Shown here in pieces: positions 23,524 through 42,663 of a stretch of 64,000 nt of DNA. The stretch comes from Octopus vulgaris (Eukaryota), in contig OX597829.1 of assembly GCA_951406725.2 (NCBI GenBank), positions 1,984,001 to 2,048,000 on the forward strand, given 5' to 3'. How positions within the stretch are numbered: the stretch's first letter is position 1; each line of letters begins with the position of its first letter. A program made the position numbers and the translations under genes. The notes below the pieces were generated by a model. The model worked only from the letters and a program-made list of their open reading frames with translations, was not told where the DNA came from and did no database searches.

Positions 23524-24227
23524 TACTACTGTGAAGAGGTGGAGGTTTCGGCACAGACAGGTAAAAAGATCTCGTAATTTTATCGGTCAGCCTCCAAAAA
23601 CCTCATTAACCACCAAATCCTCCAAATGCTGAGGCAACTCACATCACCTTTTGAGTCTCTCTCCAACCAACCAGTTGTTTCTAATAAGTTCGGTGATTTG
23701 TTGACTAAGTATATGCCACACACCTTAGTCGTCAGCACGTCTAGTTCGTCATCAAGATCCTCAAGATCCTCAAGATCTGGATATCAATTTGCTTGCTGCC
23801 ACAACTGATGAAGCTGCAACATATTTACCTGAGACCTGATTCACGAGAGAATTTATTCAAATAGAACGAAAAGAACACAAAGTCTGCTGACAAAATGAAA
23901 TACACTACTTACCTTTAATTTGTGCCTCGAGCGACTTTGCTTGTTCATCAAAATGCGAAACGTTATCCAAAACAATGTATAGAAAATTATGATATATATA
24001 TATATATACTGGCAGCTTCAATACATTAGACAAGATTTTCAGCTCCACTAGTTGTATCTCTTTTTCTTCCTGTATAGAAAGAGGAAAACGCCGTCACACT
24101 TATATCGGCAATTCCATTACTGACACTGGCGGCCTGGAATGTATCCAGGACCTCCTCGAGGCAGTAGTGATGGACGAGAAGTGTGGCGGGCGGACCGTGT
24201 TGCCGTGGCCCAGGTTGGAACTCGGCC

Positions 24228-24803
<576 letters not shown>

Positions 24804-24805
24804 AT

Positions 24806-25347
24806 TACCAGGCAGTGGCTCTCTTGACTGCTGATCTTAACTGATTGGAAGTGTTATCATGTACATTGTTTTGTCTTGGTATAAAAGATGGGCTACAGCA
24901 AATATTCTGCTCAGTACCACAGATTTGTTTGTCAGTTGCTTGACCTTAACCAGTTGAGCATGTCCCTTGGTGGCTGATGATATGTGCATCTCTGATCACG
25001 AACAGAAGTAGTGGGGGAGCATCATAGCCATGTGTTGAGAGAGATTCTTTGGGGTTTGAATAATTCACCTCTGGAAACATAGGTGTTTCGTTCAACATCC
25101 TTAAACAATCCTTATTCAGGGACCTTTTGAGCGGGATGGGCTACTCAACCTGAAGAAAATTCTAACAGGGCCCCACCTGCAAGGTCATGTGCTGTTTATC
25201 CTGATATGAGATCACTATGTCACGCACATATGGTTGCGATGCATGTGCCTGGTGTACCCTTATCAGACGGGTAGTCATGATGGGTATACTGGGCTTCGTA
25301 TATTTTACCCCAGTGTCACTTTGATAGCATGCACTGCTCTCTCACTC
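24806..25347 (+). mobile_element. Probable 3' UTR of a (TAA)n-targeting retrotransposon
   Basis: Non-coding, more GC-rich insert flanked by (TAA)n on both sides, ending ctgctctctcactc(aat)n. Same context as the Dong fragments; no coding evidence. Confidence 0.5.
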
Positions 25348-25819
25348 AATAATAATAATAATAACAATAACAATAGAAGAAATACTGGTGCACAGTGTAC
25401 CGATCACGAATGCAATTGTTGCAGTATGGCGAAAACTTCTGCAATCATTACATCTTTTTTCTTTTTTTTTTCTTTTCTTGTTTTCTTTCTTTCTTTTTTT
25501 CTTTTTTGAGACAGCTATTACCAGGTTGAGTCGATACGAAATTGGGACGTACAGAACTAATTTGACTATACTCTGATGAATAACCAAAGTACTCAATAGC
25601 ATACATCCGATCACAAAAGCCTTTATTTAAATGTCTTGTCAATGTGTTAGTTCTCTGTTGTCCGGAAAATGCCAACAGAGAAGGAAAATCAATAACATTT
25701 TCAGATATGCTGCACTCTACCTATGGATGTAAATAATAAAGCTCCGGATTGAAACTCGATAATATGAGTCAAAGAGTTATGATTGAGGGTATTCATCGAT
25801 ATGAATGGTGTTAATACCT

Positions 25820-26048
25820 ATTTCTTTACAACCCACAAGGGGCTAAACACAGAGCAGACAACAAGGACAGACAAAAGGATTAAGTCGATTACATCGACCC
25901 CAGTGCGGAACTGTTACTTATTTAATCGACCACGAAAGGATGAAAGGCAAAGCCGACCTCGGCGGAATTTGAACTCAGAACGTAACGGCAGGCGAAATGC
26001 GGGAAAGCATATCGCCCGGCGTGCTAATGTTTCTGCCAGCTCGCCGCC
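25820..26048 (-). mobile_element. SINE family B with TSD ttaatacct
   Basis: TSD at 25811-25819 and 26051-26059. Confidence 0.9.
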
Positions 26049-26245
26049 TATTAATACCTGATAGATAAGAACACTGAATCTGCTGAGCAGTAAATTGTTT
26101 CAGAAATATTAACTTGTCCACTGAAGGACGCTTTTCCAAGTGTAAGGACTTTCCAATTCCTGACTACAGTGCGACTTGGCTACTCGTCCTTAAATGTCTA
26201 CCACAACTCGATCATCATTGACTTTCGGTGTTTACTACAATCCAG

Positions 26246-26663
26246 AGATCTTTTCGGTTTGAACGGCAGTTTTTTCTAGCGGTGTCATATGAAATTGTCA
26301 CCCATAATTATGACCCTAGTATCGATCTATTGCATTTCAATCTATTTTAGGGTTAAGGTTAGGGTGGGGGGAAGGGTATCTTTTTTTTTCTTCACAAATG
26401 TAAATAAACCCAATCTGTTTCTTAAACGAGGGACATATTCATACGGCACAGAATGCTTTTTAGCTCAATAGACGTCATTGATTGGTTGAAATTGCAGATA
26501 TTGAAGATAAAAACCAACAAATATCTTACAAACTATAGAATTTTCTCAATAAAGCCAAGAGAAAAAGATGTTTTATAAACACATTCTACCAGTATACGAA
26601 GTTTAAAATTTTTTAGTTACCTAGAAATTATTTTTAAAAATGCCGTTCAAACCGAAAAGATCC
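26246..26663 (+). mobile_element. Merlin-like MITE, copy 3
   Basis: Same TIRs; 8-bp TSD caatccag/cattgcag (6/8). Confidence 0.9.
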
Positions 26664-26950
26664 CATTGCAGTCATGTGACTACTCGTAAATGTGTTCAGT
26701 CAGAAACCTTATCAAACTTATCAGGTTTTTCAGAAGCTGATACATAAAGAACGTTGGAATTGGGAAATTTTCAGCATTTTCCTTACCAGCAGCAAACCTG
26801 TTTCTAATGAATTTTTGCGTTAATATTATATACTGCTTCGTAAAAATAATAATAATGGTTCCAAATTTTGGGTACCAAGGACAGCAATTTTGATGAGGGG
26901 GTTAGTTGATTATATTGACGCCAGAGCTCATCTGGTATTTGTTTTGGGAA

Positions 26951-27180
26951 GGCGGTGAGATAGCAGAATCGTTAGCACGCCGGGCGAAATGCGTAGCCGT
27001 ATTTCGTCTGCCGCTACGTTCTGAGTTGAAATTCCGCAGAGGTCGACTTTGTCTTTCATCTTTTCGGGGTCGACAAATTAAGTACCAGTTACGTACTGGG
27101 GTCGATATAATCGACTTAATCCATTTGTCTGTCCTTGTTTGTCCTCTCTGTGTTTAACCCCTTGTCGGTAGTAAAGAAAA
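26951..27180 (+). mobile_element. SINE family B
   Basis: Colinear with the other family B copies. Confidence 0.9.
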
Positions 27181-27378
27181 TGTCCCTCGTTTAAGAAACA
27201 GATTGGGTTTATTTACATTTGTGAAGAAAAAAAGATACCCTTCCCCCACCCCTAACCCTAACTAACCCTAACCCTAAAACAGATTAAAATGCAATAGATC
27301 GATACTAGGGTCATAATTATGGGTGACAATTTCATATGACACCGCTAGAAAAAAATGCCGTTCAAACCGAAAAAATCC
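27181..27378 (-). mobile_element. Merlin-like MITE, half copy 4
   Basis: One TIR plus an expanded (cctaac) tract; abuts the SINE tail. Confidence 0.85.
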
Positions 27379-27706
27379 AAAAAAGATTTCTAAGCTCACT
27401 CTCATGTCCTGAGTAAATTTTGGGGAGGTGCTGAGAAAGAGCTTCAGATTTTTTTTCCTCAAAAACTTCACAAATCGCCTGAAAATCCAAAACATAATAG
27501 AACAAGATCAATAATTTACTTCATAGAGTTATATGACTGTTTTAACAATGAAATCAGGTGAAGGCAAAAATATTGGAAAGGTTTTATCGTCCTTCTATTG
27601 TTTAATGACAATATTTGATAACATTTTCGGTATTTGCACATCGCTGCCACATCAGAGAAGAATGCCAAACAGGAACTCAGAGTAGATTCTTTCTAAAACC
27701 AAATAT

Positions 27707-27925
27707 ACTCTTTACTCTTTACTCTTTTACTTGTTTCAGTCAGTTACCTGCGGCCATGCTGGAGCACCGCCTTTAGTCGAGCAAATCGACCCCAGGACTT
27801 ATTCTTTGTAAGCCTTAGTACTTATTCTATCGGTCTCTTTTTGCCGAACCGCTAAGTTACGGGGACGTAAACACATCAGCATCGGTTGTCAAGTGATGTT
27901 GGGGGGACAAACACAGACACACAAA

Positions 27926-28006
<81 letters not shown>

Positions 28007-28167
28007 GACAGGCTTCTTTCAGTTTACGTCTACGAAATCCACTCACAAGGCTTTGGTCGGCCCGAGGCTATAGTAGAAGACACTTGCCCAAGGTGCCACG
28101 CAGTGGGACTGAACCTGGAACCATGTCGTTGGTAAGCCAGCTACTTACCACACAGCCACTCCTGCGC
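27707..28167 (-). mobile_element. SINE family A, full length
   Basis: Reverse complement of the family A sequence. Confidence 0.93.
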
Positions 28168-28849
28168 AAATATGTTGATAATTTTGGCATCAAATCAGAA
28201 CCAAATGATTCTGACGGCTTAGTCCCAGAGTAGTGGATTCACATGTTGTAAACGACAGTTAAGAGTTCTGCAACTTCTTGTTGAACAGATGATTCGTTTA
28301 TAGTGATCAAATGTATGTGTTGTACATTCGCTCCCTCTCTCCGTCAAATCAACATTTCCTGTACAAGTGCAATGTTGTGCAACATGTTAGCAGTCGCAGT
28401 GATTGCAGAGCAACGTGAACTGAAGTCCAGGAATCGAAACCACGATCTAGCGATCATTAGTGCAAAACCCTAACCACTAGGCTACGCGTCCCAGCACATG
28501 GTGCTGCACAGATAACCCACCAATCTTCTGACGATAACGCTATGCGATTGAAATCATTGGTAAAATTTGAACTACTATTTTAACAAGTATCGAATTTTGG
28601 AAAGGCAGCCGCTTCTATCTCACAGCAATTATTCAAGCAATTAAACAATCATTATCCATGGCTTTATTTTTATTTTTTGCTCGAATTTCCTCCGGTATCT
28701 GCTGTGGGGGTGTTGAGGACTGCAGCTCACCCGGCTTCTGCTCCGTTCGCAAATAGTACTGCACTGAAGTAAAATATAAGAATAAAATAAGGCAATAATG
28801 TAAATGAGAGATATAAAAGGAAGAAGACTCAACTAGTAAAACAAAGAAG

Positions 28850-29560
28850 GCCAATGTTAGCCATTTTTATTTACAATCAGCGAACAAAAGTATAGAAGAA
28901 TCGCACTATTAATAAGACGAATATCAATCAAGTCATGGATGTACTACAAGATAATAACTGCGGTAAAATGAGAAGGTAACACACAAGACAGCAAAAATAC
29001 TTACCCGTAGCTAATACCAATGGCAAATAAATGATAGATGAATGAGCCAGAGACGAATGGTAGGGTAATATAAGGTTTAAGGAGCTGAAGTGGTAGGGTA
29101 ACTAAGCGGTAATCGGAGTAGAGCGATGGATCATTGCAACGTAATGGTTGGTTCTAATCGCTTTATAAAGACAACGAAAGAATGCGAAAAATGCAGAAAA
29201 TCTCAAAAAGTGTCATCAAATTAAAAGAGGGGATAAACAATCTACAATTCCAAGAAAGATATTTATTAAAGGAACTTTAAGGAACTTTCCTCTTAATTCC
29301 TGTTATAGCAAAGAGAGTAAAACAAATGTAAAGTCTTCCATGGAAATATTTCGATATAATAATGTCTTGGGCTCGAAAATCACAAACACGGAATGAATGA
29401 GATATGAACTGGTACACAAAAATTGATTAAACCTTGTTAGCCCTGGTAAATATTGAACAAGACTCGCAGAAGTCAGAACAGAGTCCGTTTAGTTTAGCTT
29501 TGCACCAACAGAGAAGCTGCGAATTAGAATCGAAATCTGAAACGTAAGATTCACAAGACA
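28850..29560 (+). pseudogene. Very degraded LINE reverse-transcriptase fragment
   Basis: SKT.. and VLGSKIT (YLGS.I-like) at about 29315-29390; weak. Confidence 0.25.
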
Positions 29561-29819
29561 GATTTTAAATCGCAATATGACGCCTATGTCGCTTATTTTT
29601 TCTCCCTCTAATGCATAAATAATTGCGTGCTTTCATAGATTCTCAGAAAGTATATTAAACAAGCTAATTAGATAAAATAAGCAATTAGTAATTATTGGTA
29701 TTAATTTAGCTAAACATTCATACAAAATGCTAAGAATGTATAATTTTCATTCTTGGGTGTAAAAAAATATTCCTTACTCAGCGTTTTATACATATATCTG
29801 TATGGACACATGTATGTGT

Positions 29820-34065
<4,246 letters not shown>

Positions 34066-34225
34066 AGTTTCCGTCTAACAAATGCCTCACAAGGCCTTGC
34101 TCGATCCGGACTATAGTAGAAGATACTTGCCCACTTGCCATCTCTGCCACGCGGTAGAACCGAACTTGATGCCATGTGGTTGGGCAGCAATCTTCATACC
34201 ACACACCCATGCCAGCGCCTACGCA

Positions 34226-34268
<43 letters not shown>

Positions 34269-34865
34269 GTATACACACTCTCACACACTATATATATATA
34301 TATATACATGTACATCTTTTTCTCCCCTCTGTCTCTGTTTGTTATTGAATACGTCAGTTTTTCTTTATATAATATATTGGGAAGATCAAATCACAACCCG
34401 GAGGCGGAACATATTCTTTAACGGGCTACAATCTCTCCTTTAACTACCTCGGTGCTATCTTCTCGGCAAAATTGGGTAAAACGGTAACCGAATTACTCAG
34501 CATTTCACTATCAATTTATTCAGGATTTTTGTTTTTTATAAAAATATATCAGCTTCTTTGGATTTCAGCCCCAAGGCAATGAACTTTCTTTTTGTCGCCC
34601 AAGAAAGAAATTGGCTTGATGGACGAAAATTCCATTTCTTGTTGTATCATAGAACTAGAAAAAAATGCCATTTAGATATACCCAGTTAGTAAATTCCATT
34701 CTTTCCTTTCTCTGTGTATAACCTTGAATATGCTGCTTTATTCACCTTCAAGGATAAATTTTGAAGTAGAAGGGAACTCTATGTGATCATGAAGTATGCA
34801 ATGGCGACTACGTAAGTTTATCCACATGGAATGTGTATGTGTGTGCGTGAGTATGTTTGGTTGTG

Positions 34866-34901
<36 letters not shown>

Positions 34902-34916
34902 TCAGAGAGATAGACA

Positions 34917-34951
<35 letters not shown>

Positions 34952-35073
34952 AGACAGGGAGAAAGTGAACGGGAAGACTGAGAATAAATACGCTAAGTGA
35001 AGCAGAATTTTTTTTTCCGATTCCTAGGTCGAAAATGAATCTTCTCTGGTCAGTGTGATGTATGACACAACAC

Positions 35074-35144
<71 letters not shown>

Positions 35145-36127
35145 GCGCACGCGCGCGAGCGAGCGCATGCACGCATGCAAACAATGTATATGTAAGTGTG
35201 AATGTATTTTATTCATAAATATAATTACAAATTTAAATCGATATACTTATATATGCATATGTATACATGCATATGATATATATATATATATATATACCAA
35301 TACATTATCATATATACATACACAGCGGTGCCCAGCATGGCTGTTGTTGTTTAATGACTGAAACAAGATATAAAAATGATATGCGAGCATCTACACATGC
35401 ATATATGTACGTATAAAATGCATATATATATATGTGTGTGTGTGTGTGTGTATGGATGTGTGTGTGAGTATGCATGTGTGTGTGTGTGTGTGTGTGTGTG
35501 TGAGTGTGTGTGTGAGTGAGTGCATGCGAGCGTGTGTGAGCCTGTGGAAAAGTGAGAAGGTCCATTCATTTCAGAGCCATTGGCTATCCAGTGTTCACGT
35601 TATCATCCCAAGTCACGGTGGACTTAGCCATTTATCAGAGTTTCCTGCACTAGGATATCTTTCGGGCTGTGAATCTCACAAAATTACAATATCAGGGGAC
35701 AGCATATATGACTTTGCTTGCATGTATGCGTGGATACGAACTTCCCTCTGTGTGTGTGTATGTGTGTGTGTGTAATATTTTAATTGTTGAAGGGAATTAT
35801 TAAGGTCCAGACGATCACCTCATCAGTCCTTTATACAGAAATGTTTATAGCAAAGTGGTCGAATAACTTGAAGGTCAATTATAGAAGAAGAATGATTTCC
35901 CCAACACAAGTCGATCGTAATTCAAATTAAAATGTCTGAAGGAGTGAATGAACATGAATTTTATTGTATGAAGTGCATAACTTCATATGAAATATGAAAT
36001 ATATGGCGTTCGTTCACTGAAACGCTCGTAACATTGATTTTACTTCCCTTTATGTATGTAGATGTATATATGCGTGCATGAAGTTATGTATATATGTATA
36101 TATATACATATATGTATATATATACAT

Positions 36128-36150
36128 ATATTGTGTTTTCATGTTTGGAT

Positions 36151-36222
<72 letters not shown>

Positions 36223-36437
36223 AAGTTAATCCAAACATGAAAACACAAAGAGAAAACACAACAACGCGAGGAAGTGGAACAAATATAGTATTATTGGACG
36301 CTCGGGAAGGAAGGGAAGAAGGAGGGTTTAACGTTTTGAGCGGAGCTCTTCATCAGAAACATAGGAAAAGGAAAGATCCAAAGAAGGGAAGACGGAGGAA
36401 AAAAATCGCCAACGGTACACACGCGGTCACATTTTGA
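36128..36437 (-). mobile_element. Penelope-like terminal remnant with a short inverted copy of its end
   Basis: ttgtgttttcatgtttggattaact (36131-36155) is inverted against agttaatccaaacatgaaaacacaa (36223-36248) across (TA)n; contains a minimal hammerhead. Confidence 0.7.
36326..36360 (-). ncRNA. Minimal type I hammerhead motif (G12>A mutated)
   Basis: GUUU-CUGAUGA-A-GAGC ucc GCUC-AAAA-CG-UU-AAAC; the palindromic ACGU stem III is typical of dimer-acting Penelope hammerheads. Confidence 0.65.
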
Positions 36438-37009
36438 ACATATATATATATATATATATATATCATGTGTGTGTATGCATATACACAAACACATACACGT
36501 CGAGTTTAAGAATTTTATGTAAAAATAGAGGAGGATTTTTTTACTACGTTTTTTTTTTATTTGGTTTGCAAGATTCTTTATCTGAATTCGTGTGTTGAAA
36601 TAAATCTTGATCCACCCAGACACAACAAAGTATAGGAAGATTGTTATGAGGACTGAGAATGCACCTAGATCTTAAAATGGATAGTAAATTTTACACACAC
36701 ACACACACACACACACATACACACACACATACACACACACACAGACTGACATCTATCAAGAGATATTTTTCCCAGACAAAACTACACCAACATGCCATTC
36801 TTCAGTGGATGTACATTTAGTTTGATAAACAAATGGATATAGCTACCTATCTATCAATCTATCTTTCTTTCTTTCAGTCCAGCTGTCTATTTATCTGTTT
36901 CACTCTCTCTCACTCTGATTCTCTCTCTCTCTGTCTCTCTCTCTCTCGCTCTCTCTACGTGTGTGTGTGTGCGTGTGTGCGTATATGTACATGTATGCGA
37001 ATGTACATA

Positions 37010-37047
<38 letters not shown>

Positions 37048-37053
37048 AATAGT

Positions 37054-37436
37054 GGAGGCGCAATGGCCCAATGGTTAGGGCTGCGGAATCCTGGTTGTAG
37101 GATCGCGGTTTCGATTCCCAGACCGGGCGTTATGAGTGTATATTGTATATTGAGTGAAAACACCTAAAACTCCATAAGGCTCAGGCAGGTGGGTGGTGGC
37201 GAACACTGCTGTACTCCACAACTTACTCTCACTCTTTCTTCCTGTTTCTGTTGTACCTGTATTTCAAAGCGTCAGCCTTGTTGCACCCTGTGTCATGCTG
37301 AATCTCCCCCGAGAACTATGTTAAGGGTACACGTGTCTGTGGAGTGCTCAGTCACTTGCACGTTAATTTCACGAGCAGGCTGTTCTGTTGATCGGATCAA
37401 CTGGAACCCTCGTTGTCGTAAGCGATGGAGTGCCAC
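37054..37436 (+). mobile_element. tRNA-derived SINE family C
   Basis: A box tggcccaatgg, B box ggtttcgattccc; 3' half shared with 55746-56061. Confidence 0.85.
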
Positions 37437-37450
37437 CTATACAAATACAT

Positions 37451-38165
37451 AACCAAAAATGCAAAATTTGCATAATATACATTAAAAGTCAATATGCACC
37501 TCTTTGCTAGAAAAAAGAGTTAAAACTCCCCAAAACCACGCCTCTCTTACTATATGTAAGCAAGCACAGGGAATGCAGCAAATGTACTAAAAACAGTCGT
37601 CCCATTTGTAAAACTACAAATAAGAGAGTCGACCCTATTTGTAAAACTACAAAGAGGAGGGTAGATGTCCCAGTACCAATTGGTTTTGCTTTCTGTACCA
37701 AAGACACTTAAAGCTTATCAGCTACGCTTACTACGTATACTATTTTTAAAAATATATTTACCATTCCCTGCACGTCTGTTCAGCTGAAAGCCCCGCGACC
37801 TTCAAACGAACATTACCGAGCAAATATAAATTCAACATTCAAATAAGTTATCAATATATTTTTTTTAAATAACGGTAAAGTGGCCAGCAAAAATAACCAA
37901 AATAGGCAAAATATATATATTACAAGTCAAGGTATAATATGCACCCGTTTGCTAGACAGAAGAGTTTAAATCTCCGAAGCCAGAAAGCGAAATCAATTGA
38001 TACTGGGATATCACCCCGCCTCCTCATTGTAGTTTTACAAATGGAGACAACTGCTTTTTTTTTTCTTAGTATATTTGCAACATTCCCCGTGTCTGCTTAT
38101 ATATTGAGAGATGCGTGGCTTTTGGAGACTTTAAATTCTTCTTTCTAGCAAACAGGTGCATATTG
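37451..38165. mobile_element. Unclassified foldback/MITE complex
   Basis: 37491-37695 is inverted against 37980-38165; an extra terminal copy aatatgcacccgtttgctag lies at about 37936-37975. Confidence 0.7.
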
Positions 38166-38177
38166 TAGCCTGGCTTT

Positions 38178-38217
<40 letters not shown>

Positions 38218-38218
<1 letters not shown>

Positions 38219-38618
38219 GCGCAGGAGTAGCTGTGTGGTAGGTAGCTTGCTAACCAACCACATGGTTCCGGGTTCAGTCCCACTGCGTGGCATCTTGGGC
38301 AAGTGTCTTCTGCTATAGCCCCGGGCCGACCAATGCCTTGGATTGGTAGACGGAAACTGAAAGAAACCTGTCGTATATATGTATATATATGTATATATGT
38401 GTATGTGGGGGTGTTTGTGTGTGTGTGTTTGTCCCCCTAGCATTGCTTGACAACCGATGCTGGTGTGTTTACGTCCCCGTCACTTAGCGGTTCGGCAAAA
38501 GTGATCGATAGAATAAGTACTGGACTTACAAAGAATAAGTCCCGGGGTCGAGTTGCTCGACTAAAGGCGGTGCTCCAGCATGGCCGCAGTCAAATGACTG
38601 AAACAAGTAAAAGAGTAA
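38218..38618 (+). mobile_element. SINE family A
   Basis: Colinear with family A. Confidence 0.92.
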
Positions 38619-38867
38619 ATATATATGTATGTATATATATATATACATACATCCATATATACATCCATATATATGTATACTTATATATACATATATTAAA
38701 TATATATATACAAATATATAGACACATACATACATATATATGCATGTACACATACACATAAATATATACATAGAACTATAGACTTCTCTAAAGTGATAAA
38801 GAGTACTAGGAAATTGCGAGTAAAACGACCTTTATTATTTATAAACACACACACACACACACACACA

Positions 38868-39317
38868 TATATAACAGAAGAAAAATAAAATGGAGCTTGG
38901 GAAGTTAATAATTGTTTATTATTAACAGCTAATTAATCCTCTTCACTTACAGCTGTTTCAATTATTACTCAGTAAATATTAAGTAAATACTGAATTCATA
39001 TTTATATGACCTGACAAAAAAAAATATATCCTTGGACGTTATATATATGAGTTTACGGATTCATTATAGCAGACTATATACACTTATAAATGTATAATCT
39101 GCTATAATGAATCCATAAACACATGAAACATCCAAGGATGTATTTTTTTAACCCTCTGAAGATGTTCTACTCAGGTCATATAAATATGAATTCAATACTT
39201 ACGTAATATTTACTGAGTATTAATGGAAAGAAGTATAAGTAAAGATGATCAATTTGCTGTTAATAATAAACAATTATTAACTCCCCAATCTCCATTTTCT
39301 TTTTCTTCTTTTATATG
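38868..39317. mobile_element. ~450-bp palindrome (inverted Penelope-like terminal repeats) with hammerhead parts
   Basis: Arms are reverse-complementary about 39085. Right arm has CTGAAGA at 39156-62, a tactcag/ctgagta stem and GAAA at 39226-29. Left arm on minus has GAAA-cagcug-UA at 38948-59. Confidence 0.8.
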
Positions 39318-39329
39318 AATATAAACTAT

Positions 39330-40619
<1,290 letters not shown>

Positions 40620-40959
40620 AGAGAGATTTTCCGTCGGTTTCAATGAATATTCCAATTCTTCAACTAAATTCAGTCGACTGAACTAACTATGTAAAAGTAG
40701 CTGCATATTTCACAAATATGTATTTCACAGATGTCTATATACTTAATGTAATCATCTCCTGGTAGAATCACAACGAATTTCGAGGCAGTTCTTTTTTACC
40801 AGTACAACATATCAACTGCAATTGCTCAGACAGTCTCACCCACGATGTGTTGGCGAACAGGTTTCTGCAGCTTTGAACCCAGTTCCACCTGATTCCGAAG
40901 GAAATTTCTAAACCATTTGGTCAAGCCAAAACGAATATGTCTGTGCGTGTTATGTATAT

Positions 40960-41095
<136 letters not shown>

Positions 41096-41112
41096 GTGTC
41101 TTACATATGTGT

Positions 41113-41684
41113 GGATTCAGTTTCGAATCCTGTTATTCTGTAGCTGGAAAAATTCTCAATGAATTTTTTTCTTTTTATTTGGAAAAAATAATATTTTTTT
41201 GTAGCGAATATTCAAAAATGAAAGTTTGCGACACACTCTAGGAGTTTATCTAATAAATCATAAATTTTATATCTCCTGTGCCGTATAAATTCGCTAAGTT
41301 CAAATAGAAAAATATATCCGAGTGGGTTGTAAGTGAACGAGTTTAAAAATACGAGGAATATTGGTGAGGATGTGGGCGGGGTGTTAGGAGGGTGTTTGAA
41401 ATTTTAGAACAAAGATTTTTTTCGGACTCATAATCTCTGTATCTACATAGAATCCAAAAAAAAAACGAAAAAAAAATTTCGGAAAAACTGAAAAACGAAA
41501 AATTGGGAAGTGGGAGAGGGGATTTTAAATTTCAAAAGGCTGATTTTTTTGTCAGAATAGAGATTTCTGTGTTACCGAGAACGTAAAATAAACTCGAAAA
41601 AAGAGAAAAAGTGAAAAGGGGGATTTTGTCCTCTTTCACACTTTAAGGGGGATTTGATCCTAGTGGGGTTTTGTCCGGATCCCC
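41113..41684. mobile_element. Possible old non-autonomous DNA transposon with GGAT../..ATCC ends
   Basis: Subterminal ggggattttgtcc repeats ending ggatcccc; weak left end and weak TSD (atatgtgt/atatgcat). Confidence 0.3.
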
Positions 41685-41730
41685 ATATGCATTTATGTGT
41701 TAATGCATAAATTCGACATGTTGTACGTAG

Positions 41731-41822
<92 letters not shown>

Positions 41823-41927
41823 ATCTATCTATCTATCTATCTGCCTATCCGCCTATGAAACACATTCTTTCGCTCTTTATTCATACATACATACATACAT
41901 ACATACATACATACATACATACATACA

Positions 41928-41961
<34 letters not shown>

Positions 41962-42440
41962 CTTTATAAGTATGTATGTATGTATGTATTCTTGACGCAT
42001 GTACATTTCCTACATCATGTCAAGAAACTCAAAACAGGGCAGAAATATCGAACTCACACCACCCTCACAAAAAGTCAACTATAAAAGAATCGCCATTGAA
42101 AAGGCGATTATACTGGCGAAGCCTCAGCATGGCCACAGCCTTTGGGCCAGAACGTATAAATGTATGGAAGAATAAAAGGATATATATATATTATTTATAG
42201 TTATATATACATATGTGTATATATATAGGTATAAACATTTTATATGTATATTACATAAGTCACATGTACTTTATACTTATATTTATGTCACACACACACA
42301 CATATATATATATAAATATATATATAAAGAGAGTGAGATATATATATACATATATATATATATATACATCGATTCGGAGAAGCACACTCTAAGATATAGA
42401 GCTGATATATGCATATATGTATTTGTATATCTATGTATTG

Positions 42441-42524
<84 letters not shown>

Positions 42525-42625
42525 TTATATATATATAAACTTGATACAAAATCTTTAAAATATCTACAACACCTTTAAAGACTTAGGTGTATTTTCAAGT
42601 CCCGAGCGCAACTCTCCTCTCTGTC

Positions 42626-42663
<38 letters not shown>

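Noticed and set aside
23670-23740. CUGACGA..GAAA on minus
   Set aside because: No stem I, and stem II does not close on the core.
25520-25585. Fourth permuted hammerhead (GAAA..CUGAUGA on plus)
   Set aside because: Spacing is 31 nt rather than 23-24, with no UH triplet and no convincing stem I.
27244-27277. Interstitial telomere
   Set aside because: Only a few units, and internal to a MITE present four times.
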